NCBI GenBank assembly: GCA_051117555.1
Contig: JBNPEG010000234.1
Span: 1 to 26,716, forward strand
Reading direction: 5' to 3'
Source of the DNA: Elainellaceae cyanobacterium
GTDB lineage: Bacteria; Cyanobacteriota; Cyanobacteriia; CAZCXK01
DNA length: 26,716 bases
How positions within the stretch are numbered: position 1 is the stretch's first letter; each line of letters begins with the position of its first letter. Positions 10,601 to 18,202 of the stretch are shown in pieces. The notes below the pieces were generated by a model. The model did not search any database and was not told the origin of the DNA. It was given only the letters and a program-made list of their open reading frames with translations. Both the position numbers and the translations under genes were made by a program.

Positions 10601-10986
10601 TCAGCGCGATCATCGGGATGTAGGGTGAGCTGATTGAGAATCGGACGGTATTGGCGATCGCGCTCGTGGGTTGAGAGCGAATCTAGACGATCGTGCTGGG
10701 AGATTTTTGATCTATTTCTCTGCCGCTGGCTCTGTTGCCCGGAGTTACGATTTTGGGCAGTCCGAAGTTTTTGTCTACTCTCCCTATTATTGGCAATAGT
10801 ATTGGCAATCCATTTTCCCCACAGGTCATCTTTTGTTCGCCCAATGAACGTAAACCCGGGCATGGGCTGTGAGGCGTCTGTAACATTCATGCACAGGAGA
10901 GTTTGATCTGTTTCGCGACACTTTCCCGTAGTGTCGCCGCAAATTTGGCATGGATTTCCGCGCCGGGTCGGGGTGAAAATACTCAT
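7669..10986 (-). CDS. Plasmid-type primase/helicase fusion (Zn finger, TOPRIM-like, SF2 helicase, HTH); probable replication protein
   Basis: N-terminal CQIC-x6-C-x9-C; TOPRIM-like 'LVEG', 'YPDAG', 'DPDIDE'; Walker A 'STTGTGKS'; Walker B 'IWDE'; 'LDAT'; 'RGVND'; motif VI 'QAIGRLR'; C-terminal HTH 'TQTAIAKLTGYSQQYLSR'. Strong SD AGGAGGTGA at 10991-10999. Confidence 0.8.
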   Translation of the reverse strand: MSIFTPTRRGNPCQICGDTTGKCRETDQTLLCMNVTDASQPMPGFTFIGRTKDDLWGKWIANTIANNRESRQKLRTAQNRNSGQQSQRQRNRSKISQHDRLDSLSTHERDRQYRPILNQLTLHPDDRADLHRRGLTDDLIDRWGFKSVEQWQSLEQTFPSSLAGISANGRSLNTPFPGYLCPIYDTEERITGFQVRNRALEPNTPKYYWLTSRTKSNPDGATPHLGNGELPLAVYSPNQPPKRQAIALVEGTGPKPLLTAHRLGIVTIGAAGGQFSNSPQMLRQILDETARQFDQKIVEFYPDAGAICNPHVLRQYRATWRLLKCWGYTIQVMWWKQFTKADPDIDELSDLDSINSITDAEFDAIARHPEQILTQLTTLFRLEKGKQKKRQRRQSAHSPSSSADETLAIQTYQPGMRLQTWKGAIANGYRYILDSSTTGTGKSFDAGNATLDLADDVRQIIYLSDQHRNPTVDTLKIQNGWVDLDARHDGLIRETTVNGQIRLRRPLRREIPDTPANCSRTSVISTLRAKHVDGADTASLICGTCPLRDRCAQSKGVGYGFLSQRQSALASPKFRAHPDSLPAPMEYQYDSVVAIWDEPGQTFQVKHDIHVTLDDLEQVITSLLKTPEQFETIQPLLTALLPYLDGSMHLGKFGLTHTQVVDFLPNLGTLDISAIEHVLVPNLSFLNKVDQDKTNPGDRPQSHSLAGDDRVIEHAENSVVKQWLPTLLRVLTGQIQGALSIKQGLLTIALPDTHHRAIAGASKATIFLDATLTRDDLALKLGCSPDEILEIRQEMSRPENLVITQVTDLGRMGMQRGKQQQQRTKILVEHYKQRDPTTKVIDFKKYHGDGAWWRDSRGVNDFTEINTLILVGTPCRNIIDQAAEYAILTGAYDLDNQGFKAFVDRAIQADFYQAIGRLRAHRRLSEQLQVVILSNFELDLSTHHVSASDVTPEASTKQERFVAAALHAMNHLTDQNKKVTQTAIAKLTGYSQQYLSRFWKLLLMLLKESNSASGRVSQAEIHAPDSVVQNTSQLTAILNRPDEPAPKTEIPHLLEKLNDMFQQLTVRQWRQVWNRLSASEHIKILSILLSTLPIGQIKCAVQAFI

Positions 10987-11167
10987 CGGATCACCTCCTG
11001 AGGAGGCTCATCAGCGCATTGCACTGCGACGAAGCATGCTGAGGGGGACAGGATGCCCCACGTCTGTGACGAAATGTCGGGGGTCCTACACGCATATGTT
11101 GAGGAAACGGAAGATAAACGCATCTAGCCCTTATTCTTACTGTGCAAACCAATGCCAGATTTTTACA

Positions 11168-11670
11168 GATCGGTGGACTATTGTGTTTGTGAGCGATCAG
11201 TTTGATCAAACTGATCAGGATGTAGTAAAACAGCTAGGATGCTTGCTGCATAAGGAATTTATTAGCATCGCTGTGAGCTGATCCGGGCATTTTGTGAGAC
11301 GATCCGGGTGTTTCTGTGGGGATATTCGGGGTTTGTTGTAGTAAGCGGAAAATCTTGCTGCATGGGCGATTAAGGCCAATTTCTTAAGTGATTTTTTCTA
11401 CTACAAAGCTGATCTGTAGTAAAAAGTAGTTGTGAGATTTACATGCTAGATCCGAGGATGTTTTGGAAAATCCAGAGATCTAAAGCCTAGGGGTGTAATT
11501 TTGTGAGTCGATCCGGGAATTTGAGTAGTAAACCGTTGTAGTAATGGCACGGTTTAGGCAGTTTGTGAGACGATTCGGGGTTTGTTGTAGTAAGCGAAAA
11601 GTCTTGCTACATAAGCCTTGTGATCATTTCTTAACACGATTTTTGATAGCGCGATCGCGCTGTGTAGTAA
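11168..11670. repeat. Iteron-like direct-repeat cluster; candidate replication origin
   Basis: 16-mer TGTGAGnnGATCCGGG at 11272, 11293 and 11502, with variants at 11315 and 11564. TGTAGTAA at 11221, 11337, 11415, 11537, 11586 and 11663. 40-bp duplication 11324-11363 / 11573-11612 (37/40 identical). Perfect 22-bp palindrome at 11195-11216. 12 GATC sites. Confidence 0.7.
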
Positions 11671-11688
11671 AAGCTGGGAATCACGGCC

Positions 11689-13347
11689 TCACGCGTTGAG
11701 ATCGCCTTGGAGTTTAAGGACTTTTTTAAGACTCGCTTCTATTTCGATAGTTGGTTCTCGTCGTCCCGATTCGATGTGTGAGATGAGTTGTTGAGACACG
11801 CCCAAAAATCCAGCGAGTTTCGCCTGACTCCAGCCTCGACGCTTGCGGGCATCTCGCACGTCTTCGCCGGTTAGGGTTCCTGTGGGTTCAGGCGGTGAGG
11901 CTTTTAATTTGCGTGGCTCATGCCGGGGTGTTTTCTTGCGATCCAGTAGCCCAGGAATGGGGTCGGGGGGAAGAATTCTGAGCTTACTTTCAAGCAAGAT
12001 ATAGATATAGCCCTTGGGTTTCCGGATTTTAGAATCGGGTCTGAGTGATTCGGGGTAGTTGTCATGAAACTCGACGCTCCAGCCCAGTTTGACGAGTGTT
12101 TTAAGGGCTTCATTCCATTGATGGACGAGATCGCGGGCTTTGTGGCGATCGCTTAAGGCTTTTTCGAGTTTGGCATCGTAGCCCACTAAAACGGATTCGA
12201 ATAATGTCTTGACTCGGTAGTCCCCTGATTTATGAATTCGGCTTTCGATCGTGAGATGAATCGCGAGGCGAAGTGCGAGTTCGTTGTGATAGGGGTCAAT
12301 TTTGAGAACGCTTTGAGCTAGATAACCAAACTGGTGCAGTGCTTCTTTTGCCTTGGCGCCCCCTCGATTTAAGAAGCCTTTGGTCCATAGACCGGGCTGG
12401 ACTTGAAGCTCTACTTTGGTGAGCGCTTCAATTTTATCGGAGAGAAGATTTTTTTGTCCTGTTGCGCTGACGCTGATATTCCACATGCGAGAGGTTTGCA
12501 CGGTCACCTGGGTTTTACGCCGATTGGTTTGTCCTTCTTTCCATTCGACTCGCACAAGCAAACAATCTAATGCAAAGGCGCAACTCGCAAGCTCAGATAG
12601 CTTTTGGCTAACCGTAATATCTTTGCGATTGTTCCAGCCTAGATTTTTGATCACATCTTCACCCGATAGGGTAAAACTGCCACTCCAGGGTTCGTTCTGA
12701 TTCATGGCATGGGCTGCCAAAATCAGCTGAAGTTTGACAGTATTGAAGCCAAAATTGTTGATGATTTTTTCTGCCGCATCCCAGGGCAGCATGGTCACAT
12801 CGCCAGGGCTTGAGATGTAATGCTCAATATAGTTTTGGGGGTTACTCTTCGCGATTTTCTGGAAAACGGCAATCCCGTCGCGCTCATACCAAAGGTCGGC
12901 TCGTAGTTGAGATTCGATGGAGCTCATGAAGGGGGCTCCAGTGGGAATAGGCTCGATGTGATTATTGAGAAAGAGCTCTGCTTCTTTGGGGGAGTTGATG
13001 ATACTTTCGTTGACCGCGTCTTCGAGCGCTCTGCTGAGTGAGTTGATGCGATTCTCGACGTTGTCTAAGCCTATTTGAAAGCGATCGCACGCGTCAGGCT
13101 CATCAGAGGTTTGACGGATTGATAAGAAAGTTTCGGTGATGTCGTCTAAAATCTTCCGAGCCGCGTCTAACCGGGCTTGGTTTAATTTGACGTCAGCCGC
13201 TAGTTGGGGCGACACGCCTTTGTCTCGAATCGCATCCAAACACGCTTCCGCCCCTTCGAGCCATTCCAGCAAGCGAAGGGCATCCACATTCCATAACTCT
13301 ATAAATTGATCCCAGTTGGCTGGAATAGAGATGTCAAGAGAATTCAT
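11689..13347 (-). CDS. Rep-like protein (putative tandem winged helix) with C-terminal XRE-family HTH
   Basis: C-terminal 'VRDARKRRGWSQAKLAGFLGVSQQLISHIESGRREP' is a clear XRE HTH. Central 'NELALRLAIHL...YRVKTLFE...WNEALKTLVKLG' resembles WH2 of RepA/Rep_3 initiators (inference). The gene abuts the repeat cluster. Confidence 0.7.
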   Translation of the reverse strand: MNSLDISIPANWDQFIELWNVDALRLLEWLEGAEACLDAIRDKGVSPQLAADVKLNQARLDAARKILDDITETFLSIRQTSDEPDACDRFQIGLDNVENRINSLSRALEDAVNESIINSPKEAELFLNNHIEPIPTGAPFMSSIESQLRADLWYERDGIAVFQKIAKSNPQNYIEHYISSPGDVTMLPWDAAEKIINNFGFNTVKLQLILAAHAMNQNEPWSGSFTLSGEDVIKNLGWNNRKDITVSQKLSELASCAFALDCLLVRVEWKEGQTNRRKTQVTVQTSRMWNISVSATGQKNLLSDKIEALTKVELQVQPGLWTKGFLNRGGAKAKEALHQFGYLAQSVLKIDPYHNELALRLAIHLTIESRIHKSGDYRVKTLFESVLVGYDAKLEKALSDRHKARDLVHQWNEALKTLVKLGWSVEFHDNYPESLRPDSKIRKPKGYIYILLESKLRILPPDPIPGLLDRKKTPRHEPRKLKASPPEPTGTLTGEDVRDARKRRGWSQAKLAGFLGVSQQLISHIESGRREPTIEIEASLKKVLKLQGDLNA

Positions 13348-13542
13348 ATGCCTAGTTTATGCGATCGCAGTTAGCAAGGATAGGACTTGTGAAATGGCTA
13401 CATAGGGGTGGGGATAACGCCTCATCTCGGTCAACGTGGTATTACAGGTATTTCCTAATGATAGCGGTGAGTGAATGTCGCCCTAATGACTAAGATGGGT
13501 GTTGACTAGGATGGGTTGCCGCTTAGGACTCCCTTGAGTACA

Positions 13543-15240
13543 TTAATTGACAACCGAGCAGCGATCGCCCGCCAACCTCACCTCTTGCTGAACGGTCAAG
13601 CCATTTAGGAACGTACGATCTTCGCTCACATGCGGAAACTTGAGCTGCGCTTCGGCAACTCCCCGCCGAATCATCTGCTGCCGGAATTGTTCGAAACTGC
13701 CGGGTGCCAAAATCCTCAAGCGCGGCAGCGGAATCTGGTCGCGTCGTTTGATGGCGTAAAATGCTTGAACGTCTTTGAGGGTGTCATCAAACTGCTGCAA
13801 AAACGCCTCAGGATTGTGAAGCGTTGCTCCGGCAGCAAGCTCAATATTTACCAGATAATGGGACGGAACTGTATCGTCAGACAGCGTGATACAGAAATTT
13901 TCCAGAGAGACGCCAAACTGTTGTTGCAACCGCTGCATCACGCAAACCACGTGATCTTCCGTTGTTTTTTCGGTGGATGATGACATGACGCCCCCACGCC
14001 GATGCCGAAAAATTATCAACGGTGCCTGACCACAAAAACCGTCAATTTCAACGACATCTCCCAGGTCATAGCGATAAAATCCGCTGTAGTTGGTCAACAC
14101 AATTCGGTAGCGATCGCCCACCTTCACCTCCCACGGCAAGAGCGTTTTTGGATGTTCGACAGTCCACTGATCTTCAGGAATGAACTCATAGAAGCCGCTT
14201 TCAATGGCTAGAATCGCGCTGTCTGTATTAAAGTCTCGATGAACGCCTAATACGCCTTCAGCACAAGAATAGGTGCCACCAAAAATCGGCGTGTCGCCGA
14301 AGTATTCTGGAAAGCGTTCAAAATAAAAATTCGACGTGCCGCCTCGTGCGGTAATGAGGAAGGAAAGATTGCGCCAGGCATCTTTGGGAACCAGTCGTCC
14401 GTTTGTTTTGAGATGATGGCGAAGCTGGGCGGCTCGGTTGGGATTTGCTGTCAATCGACGTTCAAGTTTGGCTCGCAACGGTGGATCAATGGCTAACCAA
14501 CTGGCGATCGTTCCCGTTTCTAAATCATGAATCAGGTCGTCGGCATTTTGTTCTAGATAACCACATAGTTGCAGCGCCAGCACTGGAAACGTTGCCCCAA
14601 TGATGCGAAGGTGAGGATTTCTCAGCGCAAATAGTAGGCAAAGATAGTAGCGGGCTAGCGTATCTGATACTTGAAATGCTTCAAACGGATGGGCAAACAC
14701 CTGACGAAAGGCGGCTCCCATAAGGCGCAAATCGCTAGTGCTGACAGGGGCATAGGCAAGACCCGTCGGAGTATGCCCAACGGGATTGACCGAGATAGGA
14801 AACAGCATGTTGCCGAGAGGTCGCCCGTCTCGAATGGCCGCGTCGGCGACAAACCCCATTGCGGTATGGCTGCCGCGTGATAGAAATCGGCGCGATCGCC
14901 CTGTAACGGGAATAAATTTTTTCTGTCCGGTTGATCCGCTGCTGATATTGACATAGATAAGCGGATCGGGCAGCAGAATATTGGTCTCTCCATTCACCAT
15001 GCGCTGCGTATAGGGTGCAAAGGCGCTATACGGCTGCACGGGAATCCGTTCTCGAAATTGCTCAATTGTGTGAACATCAGATAGCCCGTGGCGACGGCTA
15101 AATTCGGTATGTCGATGCGCCTTGAGCAATGCGTGTAGAAATTTTGCTTGTACCTCGTCGGTACGATGCGTCTTGCGAATAAAACCTGCTTTAGACCGTC
15201 GAACGATTGCAGCTAAAACTGATAGAACCGGATTTGCCAT
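13543..15240 (-). CDS. GH3-family acyl-adenylate-forming amido synthetase
   Basis: GH3 motifs 'SSGSTGQKKFIP', 'YSCAEG', 'GFYEFIP' and 'GFYRYDLGDVV'. Start at ATG 15240. Confidence 0.9.
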   Translation of the reverse strand: MANPVLSVLAAIVRRSKAGFIRKTHRTDEVQAKFLHALLKAHRHTEFSRRHGLSDVHTIEQFRERIPVQPYSAFAPYTQRMVNGETNILLPDPLIYVNISSGSTGQKKFIPVTGRSRRFLSRGSHTAMGFVADAAIRDGRPLGNMLFPISVNPVGHTPTGLAYAPVSTSDLRLMGAAFRQVFAHPFEAFQVSDTLARYYLCLLFALRNPHLRIIGATFPVLALQLCGYLEQNADDLIHDLETGTIASWLAIDPPLRAKLERRLTANPNRAAQLRHHLKTNGRLVPKDAWRNLSFLITARGGTSNFYFERFPEYFGDTPIFGGTYSCAEGVLGVHRDFNTDSAILAIESGFYEFIPEDQWTVEHPKTLLPWEVKVGDRYRIVLTNYSGFYRYDLGDVVEIDGFCGQAPLIIFRHRRGGVMSSSTEKTTEDHVVCVMQRLQQQFGVSLENFCITLSDDTVPSHYLVNIELAAGATLHNPEAFLQQFDDTLKDVQAFYAIKRRDQIPLPRLRILAPGSFEQFRQQMIRRGVAEAQLKFPHVSEDRTFLNGLTVQQEVRLAGDRCSVVN

Positions 15241-15352
15241 GAATGTCCCTGTAATATCCCTCACTTGAATATGTCAACCATCAACCTCGATGATGGAGAA
15301 CACTGAATTATCCTGCGATCGCCCTGACAATGCAAAGTTAGATGTGGCACTT

Positions 15353-15391
15353 TATTAAGTGTCAATATTAAGTGTCAATATTAGGTGTCAA
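15353..15391 (-). repeat. 3 x 13-bp tandem repeat containing TTGACA; possible promoter for the GH3 gene
   Basis: Minus strand reads TTGACACCTAATA TTGACACTTAATA TTGACACTTAATA. The first unit contains the cysteate synthase stop codon. Confidence 0.8.
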
Positions 15392-16695
15392 CAGCCCTGT
15401 GTCGCAATTGGCGAACGGGTGTCCCAGGTTTCAATTCGCCTCGCTACGATGTCGGGTGTGATTTCGTTTGGAGTAAACAAGATATGAGGCTTCAAGGTCT
15501 GCAAAGGATAGTCGCGCTGTATTCGCTTGATGCCGCCACTGGTAATGTTGAGCAACACACAATCGCCCTTGGGAATGGCACCCGTGGCGATCGCCTTGAT
15601 GAGCGCAGCCGTTGCAACTCCTGAGGCGGGGCTGATATCAATGCCTTCTAAGGTTTCAAAGAGCTGCCGAGCGCGATCGGATGCTGCGTTCGTGATGGCG
15701 TACATCTCGCCGTTGGTTTCGACTAGAGCGTCGTAGAGTCCTCCGGCTAGAGAATACGCAGGTTGGCGGTTGGTGAGCACCTGAGCCGAAACCTGGCTAA
15801 TGTGAGATTTGGCGATCGCTTCATCCATCACCGGAATCTCAGGACTGCGACCTGCCCACGCATCGACCATCGGCGTAAACGGTGCATTTTGGGCCAGGTG
15901 GAGTTTCATGCGATGCGTGCCAAATCGCCCATCTGCTAGCAAGCGCAGATGGGCTTCCCAGGCTGAAATGCCGCCCGTTCCTGACCCTACCGCTTGAACG
16001 TAGTGATCGGGAATGCGCCCCAGAGTCGCTGCTGCATCAACCACGGTCACCCCCATGCCGTCCCGTCGAGCAACATTCGCAGCTCCGCCTTCGGGAAAGA
16101 AGCCATCCATTTCGCTGATTAATCGTGCCAGGGCGATCGCATCTGAATAATCGCCATTACCACCGACCCCGATCAAGCAGACGCTGGGATGAAAGGCATG
16201 GGTTGACCAGATGGCAGATAGGTTTCGCTCTGGAATGACCAAGCAGAGGGGCAGTTGTAACGAAGAACAAACATTGGCAAATGCTCTGCCTGTGTTGCCA
16301 GCCGAGGCAATCACCAAGGTTTGTGAATGATGTGCCGGAATTCTAGCGAGAACAGGGGGCGCTTCTAATTCTTTGAATGAGCAGGTGTTCAGGGCTGCTC
16401 CTCGTTCAGGACAATACCCGTTGAAGCTAACGAACAATTGGTCGAGTCCCAAATATGCTGCAAGCTTCTCGCTTTGATACGTGATGGGTTTTCCAGGGAT
16501 GTCTAACCAGCGCTCGACGGGCAGCCAGTCGGCATAGCGAAACACACCTGGCAGATCAGGATTGACGCTAAGCGTTTGAGCAGAATAGACGGCACGCAGC
16601 AGAGACGGGGCATGGGGGCAATCGCACTGGAGACGGAAGGGATCAGGGGTATACTCTGCTCCGCACACGGCACAGCGAAGAATATGATTGGGCAT
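15388..16695 (-). CDS. Cysteate synthase (PLP-dependent, threonine-synthase-like)
   Basis: 'TCSFKELEA' (PLP lysine), 'ASAGNTGRAF', 'EGGAANVARRDGMG', 'PDHYVQAVGSGTGGISAWEA', 'LTNRQPAYS' and 'LLNITSGG' match the cysteate synthase subfamily rather than ThrC. N-terminal CxxC Zn knuckle. Confidence 0.85.
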   Translation of the reverse strand: MPNHILRCAVCGAEYTPDPFRLQCDCPHAPSLLRAVYSAQTLSVNPDLPGVFRYADWLPVERWLDIPGKPITYQSEKLAAYLGLDQLFVSFNGYCPERGAALNTCSFKELEAPPVLARIPAHHSQTLVIASAGNTGRAFANVCSSLQLPLCLVIPERNLSAIWSTHAFHPSVCLIGVGGNGDYSDAIALARLISEMDGFFPEGGAANVARRDGMGVTVVDAAATLGRIPDHYVQAVGSGTGGISAWEAHLRLLADGRFGTHRMKLHLAQNAPFTPMVDAWAGRSPEIPVMDEAIAKSHISQVSAQVLTNRQPAYSLAGGLYDALVETNGEMYAITNAASDRARQLFETLEGIDISPASGVATAALIKAIATGAIPKGDCVLLNITSGGIKRIQRDYPLQTLKPHILFTPNEITPDIVARRIETWDTRSPIATQGC

Positions 16696-16958
16696 AGAAT
16701 CTCTGTGGTTTAGAATCGTAGGTCTTTAATCCAATTCGTTAGCCGTTGGCTGAAGGTGCGCCAAGGGCTCAAAGACCAGACTATACCACAAGAATCTTAT
16801 GCACGGAATGATGCATCAGCCGCTATGAGCAAGTGTCCATTGCTTGCAGTTTTTGCCAAACCAAGGCTGTTTCTGTTCCAGTGGATTTAGGCGAAAGATA
16901 ACCTATGCTTTGGTTTTGAGTTCACCCGGGAACACAAGTCCCATCATTGCCATAGTTT

Positions 16959-16964
16959 TATAAT
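16959..16964 (+). promoter_or_regulatory. Consensus -10 box for pyrC
   Basis: TATAAT separated from the pyrC ATG by 6 nt. Confidence 0.5.
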
Positions 16965-16970
16965 GAAAGG

Positions 16971-17999
16971 ATGCAAAAGCTTACGATTACCCGCCCCGAC
17001 GATTGGCATTTGCACCTACGCGACGGCGCAGCACTGAAAGCGGTTCTGCCCCATACGGTGCGCCAATTTGCCCGTGCCATCATCATGCCAAACTTGAAGC
17101 CTCCAGTCCGCACGGTAGCGGATGCTGCGGCCTATCGCGATCGCATCCTTGCAGCTATCCCAGAAGGCCAACAGTTTGAGCCACTGATGACGCTTTACCT
17201 CACCGACAACACCAGCCCCGACGAAATCATTGCGGCCAAAGAAGCTCAGTTCGTCAAAGCGGTCAAGTACTATCCATCTGGAGCAACGACTAATTCAGAA
17301 TCTGGCGTGACAGATATTCGGAAGTGCGATCGCGTTTTTGAAGCGATGCAGCAGGTTGATATGCCGTTGTTATTGCATGGGGAAGTGACTGATCGAGATG
17401 TGGATGTATTCGATCGCGAGAAAGCGTTTATCGAGCAGCACTTGATTCCCCTCAAGCAGCGATTTCCAAACCTGCGCGTGGTGCTGGAGCACATTACCAC
17501 ATCAGACGCGGTGCAGTTCGTCTTGGCTGCTGACAATGTCGCGGCCACAATCACGCCACAACATTTGCTATTCAACCGTAATAGCCTATTCAGAGGCGGC
17601 ATTAGTCCCCATTTTTATTGCCTGCCTATTTTGAAACGCGAGCAGCATCGCCAGGCTATTTTGCAAGCCGCAACGTCTGGCAATCCTAAGTTTTTTCTGG
17701 GCACTGATAGCGCTCCCCATCCCCGCGATCGCAAAGAAAGTTCCTGTGGCTGTGCGGGTTGTTTTTCGGCTTTGCATGCTCTTGAGTTGTATACAGAAGC
17801 ATTTGAGGGCGCTGATGCACTGGATAAACTTGAGGCTTTCGCGAGCTTCTATGGGCCAGATTTTTATCAACTGCCGCGCAATACTGAACAGATTACGCTG
17901 ACGAAAACGACCTGGCGTATTCCGGATGAGGTGCCATTTACTGAATCAGGGCTGGTGCCTTTGGGCGCAGGTCAGGAGATGACGTGGCAAATGGCTTAA
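16971..17999 (+). CDS. pyrC: Dihydroorotase (E. coli-type)
   Basis: '[12 protein letters not shown]', 'MPNL', '[11 protein letters not shown]', 'LEHITT', 'YCLPILKR', 'FLGTDSAPH'. Confidence 0.97.
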   Translation: MQKLTITRPDDWHLHLRDGAALKAVLPHTVRQFARAIIMPNLKPPVRTVADAAAYRDRILAAIPEGQQFEPLMTLYLTDNTSPDEIIAAKEAQFVKAVKYYPSGATTNSESGVTDIRKCDRVFEAMQQVDMPLLLHGEVTDRDVDVFDREKAFIEQHLIPLKQRFPNLRVVLEHITTSDAVQFVLAADNVAATITPQHLLFNRNSLFRGGISPHFYCLPILKREQHRQAILQAATSGNPKFFLGTDSAPHPRDRKESSCGCAGCFSALHALELYTEAFEGADALDKLEAFASFYGPDFYQLPRNTEQITLTKTTWRIPDEVPFTESGLVPLGAGQEMTWQMA

Positions 18000-18076
18000 C
18001 GCCCCCAATCACCGGATACAATAACGCTTTGCAAATCACTGATTGCTTCACCTTTGGTGCACTGGGATTGTCAGGC
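17994..18076 (-). other. attC-like recombination site A (83 bp, degenerate R'')
   Basis: Minus strand: R'' GCCTGAC, AATCCC, L'' AGTGCACC ... L' GGTGATT, GGGGGC, R' GTTAAGC. Confidence 0.6.
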
Positions 18077-18202
18077 ATCATCTTGGACGTAGTGATGCGC
18101 GGCGCAGTAGGGCAACGCCCCGCCCAACCATACCACTTCCGATGACGGCATTTGCCAAGGAGATGTACCGCACCTGTTCAGTGCCGAAGGCGTCGATTTT
18201 GG

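Noticed and set aside
10931..11281. 116-aa and 72-aa ORFs upstream of the primase-helicase
   Set aside because: No motifs or clear RBS, and they overlap the regulatory/repeat region.
11168..11670. Repeat cluster as a CRISPR array
   Set aside because: Repeats are short (8-16 bp), degenerate and irregularly spaced, which fits protein-binding sites better.
15388..16695. Threonine synthase (thrC)
   Set aside because: Motifs such as TCSFKELEA and EGGAANVARRDGMG fit cysteate synthase better.
16696..16958. Riboswitch upstream of cysteate synthase
   Set aside because: No SAM or other riboswitch consensus was recognisable.
18107..18129. GTAGGGCAACGCCCCGCCCAACC as a REP element
   Set aside because: The stem is only 4 bp, too degenerate to support.
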